A model generated the notes under the pieces. That model saw only the letters and a program-made list of their open reading frames with translations, searched no databases and was not told where the DNA came from. A stretch of DNA of 64,000 nt from Oscillospiraceae bacterium (lineage in GTDB: Bacteria > Bacillota > Clostridia > Oscillospirales > WRJC01): contig WRMA01000001.1 in NCBI GenBank assembly GCA_009777355.1, positions 28,505-92,504 of the forward strand. The letters are read 5' to 3'. The number at the start of each line of letters is the position of its first letter. The stretch's first letter is position 1. The position numbers were made by a program, and so were the translations under genes. This document shows positions 35,914 through 45,979 of this stretch, one piece after another.

Positions 35914-37425
35914 TTAAAACAATCTGTCCTGGTTTCTGTCTTTCAGCATTACGTCGTGCGCTCCGCCTTCCACTATGCTCGTCGACGAAACCAGCGTTAT
36001 TTTCGCTTTTTGATGCAGCTCCGGTATGCTTAACGCTCCGCAGTTGCACATCGTCGAACGCACTTTGCTGAGCGACGTCTCGACGTTGTCTTTTAATCTG
36101 CCCGCATAGGGAACGTACGCGTCGACGCCCTCCTCAAACGTAAGGCCGCCGCTTCCCCCCGAGTCGTATCTCTGCCAGTTCTGCGCCCTGTTCGTCCCCT
36201 CTCCCCAGTATTCTTTCATGTAACTGCCGTTTATATTTATTATATTAGTCGGACTTTCGTCGAAACGCGAGAAATATCTTCCGAGCATGATAAAATCCGC
36301 GCCCATCGCGAGAGCCAGGGTCATGTGATAATCCTGCGCCACTCCGCCGTCCGAACAAATGGGAATATATACCCCGGTCTTCTCAAAATATTCGTCTCGC
36401 GCGGCCGCGACCTCGATAATCGCGGTCGCCTGTCCTCTGCCTATCCCTTTCTGCTCTCTCGTTATGCAAATCGCTCCGCCGCCGATTCCCACTTTTATAA
36501 AATCCGCTCCCGCCTCCGCAAGAAATAAAAACCCGTCTTTATCGACGACGTTCCCCGCGCCTATTTTAACTTTTTCCCCGTATTTCTCCCGTATATATAA
36601 AATCGCCCTCTTCTGCCATTCTGTGAAGCCGTCCGAGCTGTCTATACACAAGACGTCCGCTCCCGCTTCGACGAGAGCGGGAACTCTCTCTTCGTAATCC
36701 CTCGTGTTAATCCCCGCCCCGACCATAAATCTCTTCGAATCGTCTATCAACTGATTCTCGTTTTCTTTGTCCGAATCATAGTCTTTTCTGAAAACAAAAT
36801 ATTTTAATCTCTGTTCTCCGTCTATTAACGGCAGACAGTTCAATTTATTCTTCCATATAATATCGTTCGCCTCTCTTAACGTCGTGTTCTCCCCCGCGTA
36901 AATCAAATTCTCGAACTTCGTCATAAATTCGCTTACTTTCGTGTCCAAAGCCATTCGGCTCACCCTGTAATCCCTTCCCGTAACGATTCCGGCAAGTTTA
37001 CCCGAAAGAGTACCGTCCGACGTAACCGCGACCGTCGAATGGCCCGTCTTTTCTTTGAGCGCCAAAATATCCGCAAGAGTCTTGTCCGGTGATATATTAG
37101 AGTTGCTAACGACGAATCCCGCCTTGTAGCTTTTGACCTTCGCGACCATATTCGCCTGACTTTCGACCGGCTGCGAACAGTAAATAAACGACATCCCCCC
37201 CTCTCTCGCGAGAGCCGTCGCCATTTTGTCGTCCGAAACCGACTGCATAATCGCCGAAACCAACGGGATATTAATCTTAATCTCGCTTTCTCCGCCTTTA
37301 TTATATTTAACCAGCGGGGTTTTCAAGCTCACCCGCGACGGTACGCAGTCCGCCGAGGAATAACCCGGTACGAGAAGATATTCCCCGAAAGTATGCGACT
37401 GTTCCAAAAATAACGCCATAATCAA
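35914..37425 (-). CDS. guaB: IMP dehydrogenase family protein (with CBS pair)
   Basis: Catalytic loop [16 protein letters not shown] region, SDGG. The start may be ATG at 37419. Confidence 0.8.
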   Translation of the reverse strand: MIMALFLEQSHTFGEYLLVPGYSSADCVPSRVSLKTPLVKYNKGGESEIKINIPLVSAIMQSVSDDKMATALAREGGMSFIYCSQPVESQANMVAKVKSYKAGFVVSNSNISPDKTLADILALKEKTGHSTVAVTSDGTLSGKLAGIVTGRDYRVSRMALDTKVSEFMTKFENLIYAGENTTLREANDIIWKNKLNCLPLIDGEQRLKYFVFRKDYDSDKENENQLIDDSKRFMVGAGINTRDYEERVPALVEAGADVLCIDSSDGFTEWQKRAILYIREKYGEKVKIGAGNVVDKDGFLFLAEAGADFIKVGIGGGAICITREQKGIGRGQATAIIEVAAARDEYFEKTGVYIPICSDGGVAQDYHMTLALAMGADFIMLGRYFSRFDESPTNIININGSYMKEYWGEGTNRAQNWQRYDSGGSGGLTFEEGVDAYVPYAGRLKDNVETSLSKVRSTMCNCGALSIPELHQKAKITLVSSTSIVEGGAHDVMLKDRNQDRLF

Positions 37426-37453
37426 ATCGACCTCCTTAATTTATAATTAAATA

Positions 37454-38641
37454 TTAATTTTCCATATCCAGTTTAATCTGGCTGTCTCTTAAATCCTCAG
37501 CCAGCGCTTTTATTTTATCTACGGGGTCAAGAAGGCCGCTTATCGAATGGTCGCAGTTAAGCGCGTCTATAATCTTCGCGAGATATTTCGACACGTCCAC
37601 GTCGCAGAACCACGGCCTTGATTTTACTTCGTCCGATTTGTAATTAGTCCCGGCTACGAAAATTTTATGTATTTCCTTTTTTTCGTACGCCTCGTCGAAT
37701 TTGTCCGGTCCGGAGCTGAACTGTCCGAACGTTATAAACACGAATACCCTTCTCGCTCCCATTTCTTTAAGCTTTCTCGCGACCTCCAGAATAGATTCCC
37801 CGCTGGCGATTATATCGTCTATTATTATAACGTCCTTGCCTTTAACGTCTTTGACAGAGCCCAGAAAATCATGGCTTATTATGGGATTCCTGCCCTTTAT
37901 CACTTTGCTGTAATCGCGTCTTTTATAGAACATTCCGATATTAAGACCAAGATACGACGAGTATTTTAGACACCTCGACATCCCCCCCTCGTCCGGAGAA
38001 ATAATAAGAGCCTTATCAGAGGTGAGTTCGATATCGTCCACGTTACTGTATAACGCCTTAATCATCTGGTAGGACGGACGTATCGTGTCAAACCCGCTTA
38101 ACGGGATTGCGTTCTGCACTCGCGGTTCGTGCGCGTCGAACGTCAGTATATTTGACACACCCATTCTGACAAGCTCCTGGAGTGAAATCGCGCAGTCGAG
38201 CGATTCCCTCTGCGTTCTGTTGTCCTGCCTGCTGCTGTAGAGCATAGGCATAATTACGTTTATTCTTCTCGCTTTCCCGTTTAAGGCGCCGATAGTTCTG
38301 ATTAAATCCCTGTAATGGTCGTCGGGACTCATCCAGGTGTCCCTGCCGTACATTTTATAAGTCACGCTGTAATTATAGCAGTCGCACAGTATAAAAACGT
38401 CGCAGCCCCGAACGCTGTCCCCGATAATCGCCTTCGCCTCTCCCGTGTTAAATCTCGGGCACGACGATTTAAGTAAAAAATCAGCGTTTTCCTCAAATCT
38501 GAATTCGTTCAGATAAGCGTTGATTTTCTCCCCGGTCTCTTCGCAGCCGCGCATCGCTATCACCCCGAGATTCCCGAGCGTCGAAAAGTCGTCCACCATC
38601 TCCGCTATCGGCGGACCGTACGAAACACCCGTAACGTCCAT
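37454..38641 (-). CDS. Ribose-phosphate pyrophosphokinase family protein, long (395 aa) form
   Basis: PRPP-binding loop VIIIDDIIASGESI and a Prs N-terminal domain. It is longer than the canonical ~315 aa. Confidence 0.75.
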   Translation of the reverse strand: MDVTGVSYGPPIAEMVDDFSTLGNLGVIAMRGCEETGEKINAYLNEFRFEENADFLLKSSCPRFNTGEAKAIIGDSVRGCDVFILCDCYNYSVTYKMYGRDTWMSPDDHYRDLIRTIGALNGKARRINVIMPMLYSSRQDNRTQRESLDCAISLQELVRMGVSNILTFDAHEPRVQNAIPLSGFDTIRPSYQMIKALYSNVDDIELTSDKALIISPDEGGMSRCLKYSSYLGLNIGMFYKRRDYSKVIKGRNPIISHDFLGSVKDVKGKDVIIIDDIIASGESILEVARKLKEMGARRVFVFITFGQFSSGPDKFDEAYEKKEIHKIFVAGTNYKSDEVKSRPWFCDVDVSKYLAKIIDALNCDHSISGLLDPVDKIKALAEDLRDSQIKLDMEN

Positions 38642-38774
38642 TTTAATCCTCTCCCCCTCTGTTTTTTTAAATTTTTATAACAAAAAAATTCCCGTATCAT
38701 ATATGCCAAATCGTTTCGGTTACCCGGATAAGATTATATGTTAGAGAAATTTTTCATAAATTTATGATTTTACT

Positions 38775-38850
38775 TGGTGCCTCCGGTCGGAATTGAACCA
38801 ACGACACGGGGATTTTCAGTCCCCTGCTCTACCAACTGAGCTACAGAGGC
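38775..38850 (-). tRNA. tRNA-Phe (anticodon GAA), CCA encoded
   Basis: The minus strand reads GCCTCTGTAGCTCAGTTGGTAGAGCAGGGGACTGAAAATCCCCGTGTCGTTGGTTCAATTCCGACCGGAGGCACCA. The cloverleaf was checked by hand. Confidence 0.95.
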
Positions 38851-38888
38851 AAGACCTTTCGTCATGCGCGCCGCAACGGGATAAAGAC

Positions 38889-38917
38889 ATTATACACGAT
38901 ATTTTTTCGTTTGTCAA
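38889..38917 (-). promoter_or_regulatory. Consensus promoter TTGACA-N17-TATAAT for tRNA-Phe (and downstream prs-like/guaB-like genes)
   Basis: Hexamers read on the minus strand, ~38 nt upstream of the tRNA 5' end. Confidence 0.6.
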
Positions 38918-38982
38918 GGGGTAAACCCAAATTTTTTATAAAAAAAGCTGAGGAATTTTACGCCCCGCGGTTTTTTTATTAT

Positions 38983-39492
38983 TCACACCCTGATTATCTT
39001 CGCGCATATATTATCCCCGGTTATATCGATCGCGCAGTACGAGCGTCCTTCGCCGCTCCTGTCGAAGCTTACCGAACCCGGACAGATTATATAAGTTCCG
39101 TCGTGATAGTCTTCTCTCGGTATGTGCGTGTGTCCGTATAAAATAATATCGCAGTTTCTCTGTTCCGCGATTGATTTAAGAGAATCGAGCGAGAAATTAT
39201 AGGCGTTTATATTCCGGGTGTGTCCGTGGAGAATAAAAAATTTTTTCCCCCCGATTTCAAATTCTTTTTCGAAATCGCTCCGGTTATAAGAAAAATCGCC
39301 GTTGCCGTAAATATATATCACGGGTATATCGGGGAAAATTCCCCGCAAATATTCAGCGTCGCGTACTAAATCCCCCAAATGGATAATATAATTTAGTGCG
39401 GCGTTTTTTGCCTTGAACCGTTTTATAATATCAATCATCTTTTCGCGTTTATTATGCGAATCGGAAAAAACAAGAACTTTCATCACAATCAA
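38983..39492 (-). CDS. YfcE/MJ0936-family metallophosphoesterase
   Basis: VFSDSHN, HLGD, GNGD, LHGH and GHTH motifs. Confidence 0.8.
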   Translation of the reverse strand: MIVMKVLVFSDSHNKREKMIDIIKRFKAKNAALNYIIHLGDLVRDAEYLRGIFPDIPVIYIYGNGDFSYNRSDFEKEFEIGGKKFFILHGHTRNINAYNFSLDSLKSIAEQRNCDIILYGHTHIPREDYHDGTYIICPGSVSFDRSGEGRSYCAIDITGDNICAKIIRV

Positions 39493-39601
39493 ACCTCCGG
39501 AATATATTTAATATAATAATATCATAAAAAAACTAAAAACATATAATAATTATATAAATATTTTTTTAAAATTTATTATAAATTCCGGAGGTCTGCATAA
39601 T

Positions 39602-39853
39602 ATGCAAATAGATAAAGAAAAATTAAGGCAATTACTGAGTTTGAGCGAAGACGACCTGAAGAAAAAAGTGACGGACGCGGTAAACGCGGTCAGTTTCGAC
39701 AAAAAAGACAAAGAACATATAGACAAAGCTCTGAAAAACATGAAAGATATAAAAAAAACTCTCGGAAGTATAGACGAGGAAAGCATAAAAAAAGCTATGG
39801 ACGCGCTCGGCGGGGATAAAATAGAAGAACTGAAGAAAAATCTGAAAAAATAG
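39602..39853 (+). CDS. Hypothetical 83-aa K/E/D-rich helical protein
   Basis: ORF with RBS GGAGG. Confidence 0.55.
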   Translation: MQIDKEKLRQLLSLSEDDLKKKVTDAVNAVSFDKKDKEHIDKALKNMKDIKKTLGSIDEESIKKAMDALGGDKIEELKKNLKK

Positions 39854-39892
39854 AGGTTTTTTTGATTATGAAACAGAAAGGAGCGTTAAAAT

Positions 39893-40513
39893 ATGGAAAA
39901 TAACGGCATTTCAGAGATGCTTAACAGCGTTTTGTCCAATCCCGAGGCAATAAGCAAAATAATGACGATGATGCCCGCGGTAGCCCAGATGATGAACAAC
40001 AGCAATAATAATAATAATAACGGCGGCTCATCTGATAAAATATCGCAACCAAGTGAAAAAACAGAGAGAATAATCGAAACTGCGGCGTCGGCGAACACCC
40101 CCGCGTCCGGCGATATAATGGCAAACGCCGAAGTCGCGAACGCGCTCAAAAATCTTGTAGCCGCCCTGAATTCAGCGTCCGGAACAGCAAATAATACAAA
40201 TAATAATATAAATAACGGTCCGGATAATTCAGAAGAAAAAGAAGAAGCGATACCGGCTTTCTCTCAATCTGAAATAAATAATAATAACACGCCGGATACC
40301 GGCGATTTTTCAAGCGCGAGAATAGAGAAGACGCTCGACACTTTAAAAAACTTTTCAAGCGCGACGAGCCCCGAAAGCGATAACCGCTCAAAGCTTCTTC
40401 TCGCGCTCAAGCCGTTTCTCAAAGACGGCAGGAAAACCAAAATAGACACCGCGATAAAATACATGAACGCGGCAAAAATAATCACTATGTTCGGTAAAAA
40501 CGGATTTGTATAA
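39893..40513 (+). CDS. Hypothetical 206-aa low-complexity (N/S-rich) protein
   Basis: ORF with RBS AGGAG, in the same operon as its neighbours. Confidence 0.55.
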   Translation: MENNGISEMLNSVLSNPEAISKIMTMMPAVAQMMNNSNNNNNNGGSSDKISQPSEKTERIIETAASANTPASGDIMANAEVANALKNLVAALNSASGTANNTNNNINNGPDNSEEKEEAIPAFSQSEINNNNTPDTGDFSSARIEKTLDTLKNFSSATSPESDNRSKLLLALKPFLKDGRKTKIDTAIKYMNAAKIITMFGKNGFV

Positions 40514-40551
40514 ATTATTAATATACGCAGATATAACACGGGTAAAGATAT

Positions 40552-40983
40552 ATGTACATGAGAAACAATAAATACTCAAGATATAATATAGACGGTTTCC
40601 CGCCTAACTATTCGGGGCAGCTTAACGAACCCGAGATTACGGGACGCGGCGAAAACGAAAAAGAAAAAGACCCCGAAGAAACCGGCGGAAATACGGAAAA
40701 AACAGAGAGAACGGAAAAATCCGGGAAAAGAGAGGAATCAAAAAAAGACCACTCTCTTTTCGGCGGTCTGTTCGGAAATAAAGACGGAAACAAAGACGGC
40801 AGAAAAGGCGGTCTTTTATCCGGTTTGTTCAATAAAGGCGGAGTCCATGACAAGGACGGGGGTTTTCTGTCAAATATAGAACTCGAGGATTTGATTCTTC
40901 TCGCAGTCATATTTTTTCTTCTCAAAGACGGTTTCGAGGACGACCTGATTATAATACTGGCTATTATTTTATTCTCGTCTTAA
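40552..40983 (+). CDS. Hypothetical 143-aa protein, charged G/K-rich region plus C-terminal hydrophobic segment
   Basis: ORF only. Confidence 0.5.
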   Translation: MYMRNNKYSRYNIDGFPPNYSGQLNEPEITGRGENEKEKDPEETGGNTEKTERTEKSGKREESKKDHSLFGGLFGNKDGNKDGRKGGLLSGLFNKGGVHDKDGGFLSNIELEDLILLAVIFFLLKDGFEDDLIIILAIILFSS

Positions 40984-40997
40984 TATAAATTTATAAT

Positions 40998-41903
40998 CTA
41001 TCTTATATCAAACAGGGAATCCCGGATTAATATGCCCCCGGACGTATCCGGAAGAATATCCCCGTCGTAATACGCCTCTATAACTGACGTAACGCTCTCG
41101 TAATACAGGTCGTAATGCTCGCCCGCATAGCTTCGCGCTCTCATCGCGATACCCGTGTCAAGCGATATTTCTATAAGCTCGCTCTGCTCTGAACCGGGGA
41201 TAATATATTTGATTTCGACTATGTTCGCGTCCCTGTCCTGACGCGACCAAACGTTCGCAAGCTCGCTCGATTCAAGGCGTTCAAGTAAATCGAGATAATA
41301 ATTTATATTCGCAATATGCGGTATATTGTCAAACGAAAACGCCTCCGGCGAGGATTTTCTCAATCTGCCGCCGGTGTTAAAATTTTCGATAAGCTCAGTT
41401 TCCGAATTATTTATATAAGATTCCTGAATGATATCGTTTACGGCAAGCGTATATTTATATTTTTTGTCTTTCTTCCAGAGAAGCATCTCTTCGGTTCTCG
41501 TTATTACGCCGTTTATATAATAACGCGCGACGGTTTCAAGATGCAGATTATCCGGCAGTCTTGTCTGCGATATTACCTCTCTTATATTATCCAGCGTAAT
41601 TTCGAGAACGAAGCCTTCGTCTCCGTTATTTTCCCCGCCGGTTTGGGAAGAATCGCCCGGGCGCAGGATATCATAGAAATTCAGGCCGTCGCCGCCAAGG
41701 GGAGTTTCCCCGCCGTCCGAAGTAAAAAAAATATTTTTTATAAACTGCGGAAATTCAAACAGGCCGAATCTGTACAGCCCCGTTATTATAAACGCGAAAA
41801 GCCCGAACATAATCAAAAACAGAAACGCAATAGATATTGTCTTCGTGAGTATGTTATTACCGCCGATTATTTCTCTGAACGATTTATTATTAAGCTTGCC
41901 CAT
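40998..41903 (-). CDS. Hypothetical membrane-anchored protein (301 aa, one N-terminal TM)
   Basis: Overlaps the upstream tagO-like stop by 14 nt. Confidence 0.6.
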   Translation of the reverse strand: MGKLNNKSFREIIGGNNILTKTISIAFLFLIMFGLFAFIITGLYRFGLFEFPQFIKNIFFTSDGGETPLGGDGLNFYDILRPGDSSQTGGENNGDEGFVLEITLDNIREVISQTRLPDNLHLETVARYYINGVITRTEEMLLWKKDKKYKYTLAVNDIIQESYINNSETELIENFNTGGRLRKSSPEAFSFDNIPHIANINYYLDLLERLESSELANVWSRQDRDANIVEIKYIIPGSEQSELIEISLDTGIAMRARSYAGEHYDLYYESVTSVIEAYYDGDILPDTSGGILIRDSLFDIR

Positions 41904-43056
41904 CTTCCGAACCCTTGTCTTTATTATGATTATGCCCGTTGCCGTTTTCGGGAATAATACCGCTCTCCGTTTTCATTTTTTCGTCTCTGAAAATAATCCA
42001 CATAGCAAAGGATATTCCCAGAGATATCGCTATTATTACAAGCGCGTAAATTATTTTATGCGTTACGAACATGATTGAGGAAACGCCGAGCAGCGCGCTT
42101 ACCGCGTATAAAATCCTCACGGTCTGCTTTTTATTGAACCCCATGTCTATGAGTCTGTGATGAAGATGACCCCTGTCCGCGGAAAACGGATGCCTCCCCG
42201 TAATCACCCTGCGTATAATCGCGAAAGTAGTGTCGAAAATCGGCACCGCAAGAATCAAAAACGGAATAATAAAAGTAATAACCGCCTGGGCTTTGAATAA
42301 TCCCTGAATCGATACGACCGCGAGTATATATCCGAGAAACGTCGCTCCGGTGTCGCCGATAAAAATTTTCGCCGGATTTATATTGAACGGCAGAAATCCG
42401 AGACACGACCCCGCAAGTATCGCAATCAGAAGCGCGAGCCTGAAATCGCCGAGCAGAATAGTGACGAGAAGCAGCGAAACCGCAGATATAGTCGCAATCC
42501 CGCAGGACAATCCGTCGAGACCGTCGATAAGATTGACGGCGTTTATAATCCCGACTATCCAGAACACGGTCAGAGGAACGGAGAAATAACCGAAGTGTAT
42601 ATACCGGCCGAAAATATTCACCCGTTCGATTAAAACTTCGCCCTGCCAAACTACTAATCCCGCCGCCGCGATTTGCACCAGCAGTTTTATTACCGCGCGT
42701 ATTTTATCCCTGAAAACGTCGTCGAGTATTCCCACTATTATAAGAAGAAACGCTCCGGCAATCATGCTCAAAGTAAAATTAGAAACGCCGTAAAAGAGAA
42801 AAACCGAAACGACGAAAGAGAAGAAAACCGCGAGTCCCCCGAGTCTGGGAGTCGGGGTTTTGTGCATTCTCCTGTTATCTCTTTTTGGGTCGTCCACCGC
42901 GCCTGTTTTAAACGCTATGACCCTGACTATCGGCGTCGTCACGAACGCCATGAGCGCGGCGAAAATCACCGCCGTAACGGCGTTCAGAAACCCGTACACA
43001 CTCACGCTGCCGAAAGTCAGGTCTATTATCTCCTCTAAATTTTCTATGTTATCCAT
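41890..43056 (-). CDS. Glycosyltransferase family 4 (MraY/WecA/TagO-like undecaprenyl-phosphate GlcNAc-1-P transferase)
   Basis: 388 aa and polytopic. AVNLIDGLDGL and IFIGDTGA motifs. Confidence 0.85.
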   Translation of the reverse strand: MDNIENLEEIIDLTFGSVSVYGFLNAVTAVIFAALMAFVTTPIVRVIAFKTGAVDDPKRDNRRMHKTPTPRLGGLAVFFSFVVSVFLFYGVSNFTLSMIAGAFLLIIVGILDDVFRDKIRAVIKLLVQIAAAGLVVWQGEVLIERVNIFGRYIHFGYFSVPLTVFWIVGIINAVNLIDGLDGLSCGIATISAVSLLLVTILLGDFRLALLIAILAGSCLGFLPFNINPAKIFIGDTGATFLGYILAVVSIQGLFKAQAVITFIIPFLILAVPIFDTTFAIIRRVITGRHPFSADRGHLHHRLIDMGFNKKQTVRILYAVSALLGVSSIMFVTHKIIYALVIIAISLGISFAMWIIFRDEKMKTESGIIPENGNGHNHNKDKGSEDGQA

Positions 43057-43081
43057 TTTTTTATCATGCCTCTCTTTTTGA

Positions 43082-43354
43082 TTAACAGTAAAATTTTATA
43101 CTGCCGAAAAATTTTTCCCATTCATTGCATATATTTAAATATTCTATTTCAATAATTCTTTTTAAATGAAATAAATTATTTTGAGGTATTTTCCCTTTGT
43201 TATGCGCTACAATACAGCCGCCGTTGCGGGTGAGCCATACTTTTGTCGCATTGGGAATCGGTTTCCCTTTTGAAATATGAACATGAATCGACTCTCCGGT
43301 TTCATTTGACCAAAAGAAAATATAATATCCGGCGATTTTATATAGCTTCGGCAA
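43082..43354 (-). CDS. DUF4160-like small protein (TTG start)
   Basis: YYIFFWSNETGESIHVHISKG core. GGGGGT lies 7 nt before the TTG. It overlaps the upstream ORF stop. Confidence 0.6.
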   Translation of the reverse strand: MPKLYKIAGYYIFFWSNETGESIHVHISKGKPIPNATKVWLTRNGGCIVAHNKGKIPQNNLFHLKRIIEIEYLNICNEWEKFFGSIKFYC

Positions 43355-43619
43355 AAGGTATACCCCCAATCTCTGCGTAATAGAAGAAATTGTGAGCGTG
43401 TCTCGCAGCGAAATCCTCAAATCCCTTAATTTCATCGTCGGTAAATCCGTCTCTCATTATCCATTCGTAAGACGGCAGAGAACAACGGGCGCTTTCAAAA
43501 AATTTAGTCTCCGAAGGCCGCTCAAAATAAACCTCTACGGTTTTCATTCCGTTTTTTTCAATTAAATGCGAGTGAACGATTTCAGTTTCGTCGGCAAGCG
43601 TAATATACGGATACATCAT
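43338..43619 (-). CDS. Hypothetical 93-aa protein, partner of the DUF4160 gene
   Basis: Start reassigned to MMYPYITL (RBS GGGAGA). Confidence 0.5.
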   Translation of the reverse strand: MMYPYITLADETEIVHSHLIEKNGMKTVEVYFERPSETKFFESARCSLPSYEWIMRDGFTDDEIKGFEDFAARHAHNFFYYAEIGGIPFAEAI

Positions 43620-43650
43620 ATTTTTATCTCCCGTTAAATAAATCAAAAAT

Positions 43651-44667
43651 CTATATCTGTAAAAACCCGATTTTTTTATAAACTTTCGCGAGAGTCCTGT
43701 CCGCTCTGCGCGACGCTCTCTGAGCTCCGTCCTTCAAAATCTTCTCAAGTTCGGTTCTGTCGCTCATCAATTCGCCGAATTTTTTCTGTATCGGCATAAG
43801 CGCGTCCGCGACCGCTTCGCCGACGGCGAGCTTGAAATCCCCGTAGCCTTTACCCGAAAATTCACGCTCAATCTCGTCGTAGCTTTTACCCGTCGCGCAC
43901 GAATAAATCGTCATAAGATTATTTACGCCGTCTTTTCCCTCCGCGAATCTTACGGCAGTATCCGAATCGGTCACCGCCCTCTTGAATTTTTTTATTATAT
44001 CGTCTTTTTTATCGAAAAGCAAAACCGTGGCGTTTACGTTTTTGTCGCTTTTGCTCATTTTTTTTGCGGGCTCTTGCAGAGAGCATATTTTCGCGCTTTT
44101 CTCTTTCGATATATACGGCTCGGGAACTGTGAAAACATCGCCGTAAACAGAATTAAATCTAACCGCTATATCTCTCGAAAGCTCAAGATGCTGCTTCTGG
44201 TCCGCTCCGACGGGAACTAAATGCGCGTTATAGATTAATATATCCGCGGCTTGTAAAACAGGGTATGTGAATAATCCCGCGTTTATATTATCAGAATGTT
44301 GTTCCGATTTTTCTTTGAACTGCGTCATTCTCGAAAGCTCCCCGAACATCGCGTAGCAGTTCAAAACCCACGCGAGCTGCGCGTGAGCGGGTACGTGACT
44401 CTGGACAAAAAGCGCGCATTTTTCCGGGTCGAGCCCGCACGCGATATAACCCGCCGCGACCTCCAGAGTCCTGCGTCTCAAAACAGACGGGTCCTGCCTT
44501 ACAGTTATTGCGTGCATATCGACTATGCAGAAATAATTTATATAATCGTTTTGTAATTTCACCCAGTTTTTCAAAGCCCCGAAATAAGTGCCGATGTTTA
44601 AATCTCCGCTCGGCTGTATCCCCGACAATACTATTTTTTTGCCGTTATTATTTATATTATTATCCAT
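43651..44667 (-). CDS. trpS: Tryptophan--tRNA ligase
   Basis: 338 aa. SGIQPSG..NIGTYFGA (HIGH region) and KMSKS. Confidence 0.95.
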   Translation of the reverse strand: MDNNINNNGKKIVLSGIQPSGDLNIGTYFGALKNWVKLQNDYINYFCIVDMHAITVRQDPSVLRRRTLEVAAGYIACGLDPEKCALFVQSHVPAHAQLAWVLNCYAMFGELSRMTQFKEKSEQHSDNINAGLFTYPVLQAADILIYNAHLVPVGADQKQHLELSRDIAVRFNSVYGDVFTVPEPYISKEKSAKICSLQEPAKKMSKSDKNVNATVLLFDKKDDIIKKFKRAVTDSDTAVRFAEGKDGVNNLMTIYSCATGKSYDEIEREFSGKGYGDFKLAVGEAVADALMPIQKKFGELMSDRTELEKILKDGAQRASRRADRTLAKVYKKIGFLQI

Positions 44668-44689
44668 AAAATCCCCTCCTGAATCAAGA

Positions 44690-45895
44690 TTATTGACCGC
44701 GCAGCAAATCCATAGCGCTCCTTGCCAGAATATCGACCCCGGCTATTATCTGTTCGTTTGACGGATAGGAGAAATTCACCCTGAACGAACGCGAAGCCTC
44801 CCTCTCGTCCGCCAAAAACGTTCCTCCCGGAACGACCGCCGCCTTTCTCTCTAAACAAAGCTTAACAAATTCGGACAAATCTATACTCTCCGGCAAATCG
44901 CACCACAAAAACAACCCGCCGTCCGGCTCCGTGTATTTTATCCCTGTGTTACCGAACTTTTTATTCATCTCGCCGAGCATAAGCAAACACTTGTCTTTAT
45001 ATAAGACTCTTATTTTCTCAATATGTTCGTCTATATTATATCTCTCTAAAAATAAATCGCAGATTAACTGGAAATATATATTCGTGTGAACGTCGCTGAC
45101 CTGCTTCGCGACGATTATTTTGCTTGCGAGTTCAGACGGGGCGGAGAGATAACCCACTCTGATTGCCGGAGCTATTATCTTCGAGAACGACGAACAGTAA
45201 ACGACGGAGCCGCCGCCGTTATCAAGACTTTTTAGAGTAGGCAGCTCTTCCCCCCTGAACCTCAGCTCCCCGTAGGGATTATCCTCGAGAATTATAACCC
45301 CGTATTTTTTCGCGAGAGCCAAAACGGCCCTGCGTTTTTCAAGAGAAAGCGTACTCCCCGACGGATTCTGGAAAGTCGGTATAAGATATATTATCTTCGC
45401 GTTCTTATACTCAATCAACGCTTTTTCCAATTTTTCTATAGAAATGCCGTCGAAGTTTGACTCGATTTGAACGGGAATCGCTCCGTTCGCCTTAAACGCA
45501 TTGAGCGCGCCTATAAAAGTAGGCTTTTCGCACAGGACGACATCCCCTTCGTCGCACATGACTTTACTTGTCAAATCAATCCCCTGCTGACCTCCCGCGA
45601 CTATAATCGTCGTATCGTTTCCGCAGTCTATATTAAATTTATCTTTCATGCGCAGTCTTATTTTTTCGACGAGAGGAGCGTATCCCTCCGTAATCCCGTA
45701 CTGCAAAGCCAAAACCGGCGTCTTTTCATAGACTATTTTTGAAAGTTCGCTGATTTGCCCAAGCGGAAAAGCGTCCGGCGAAGGATTCCCCGCCGCGAAA
45801 GAAATCACCGAAGGGTCGCTTAAAGCCTTGAAAATCTCCCGGATTGCCGACGGTTTTATACTAACCATTTTATCGCTTATTTTATATTCCCGCAT
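44690..45895 (-). CDS. PLP-dependent aminotransferase, class I/II
   Basis: 401 aa. NPSG, SFSK (Lys) and R near the C-terminus. Confidence 0.85.
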   Translation of the reverse strand: MREYKISDKMVSIKPSAIREIFKALSDPSVISFAAGNPSPDAFPLGQISELSKIVYEKTPVLALQYGITEGYAPLVEKIRLRMKDKFNIDCGNDTTIIVAGGQQGIDLTSKVMCDEGDVVLCEKPTFIGALNAFKANGAIPVQIESNFDGISIEKLEKALIEYKNAKIIYLIPTFQNPSGSTLSLEKRRAVLALAKKYGVIILEDNPYGELRFRGEELPTLKSLDNGGGSVVYCSSFSKIIAPAIRVGYLSAPSELASKIIVAKQVSDVHTNIYFQLICDLFLERYNIDEHIEKIRVLYKDKCLLMLGEMNKKFGNTGIKYTEPDGGLFLWCDLPESIDLSEFVKLCLERKAAVVPGGTFLADEREASRSFRVNFSYPSNEQIIAGVDILARSAMDLLRGQ

Positions 45896-45926
45896 AATAA
45901 TTCACTCCGTTTAATTTATATATTAG

Positions 45927-45952
45927 TAGGGGCGATTGATAATCGCCCCTAC
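45927..45952. repeat. GTAGGG-type palindrome GTAGGGGCGATT-GA-AATCGCCCCTAC
   Basis: 12-bp arms, between the SBP gene stop and the aminotransferase start. Confidence 0.8.
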
Positions 45953-45979
45953 GTTTGACGATGTGGTTTCGCAATGGGT

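Noticed and set aside
38642-38775. A possible purine-type riboswitch upstream of the Prs-like gene. It shows CATATAATC...TATATG and a CGG-GUAA-CCG hairpin.
   Set aside because: The segment enclosed by the putative P1 is only ~31 nt. That is far too short for the three-way junction, and the conserved J2-3/P3 sequences are absent. It more likely reflects promoter-like AT-rich sequence.
39480-39601. An inverted repeat ACCTCCGGAAT ... ATTCCGGAGGT across the divergent yfcE-like/83-aa gene intergenic region.
   Set aside because: Each arm is simply the SD region (CCGGAGG) of one of the two divergent genes. No further structure or conservation supports a regulatory palindrome.
44652-44858. A 68-aa G/R-rich minus-strand ORF overlapping the trpS start and the aminotransferase end.
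   Set aside because: It is an out-of-frame overlap with the 3' end of the aminotransferase gene. It has low-complexity sequence and no RBS.
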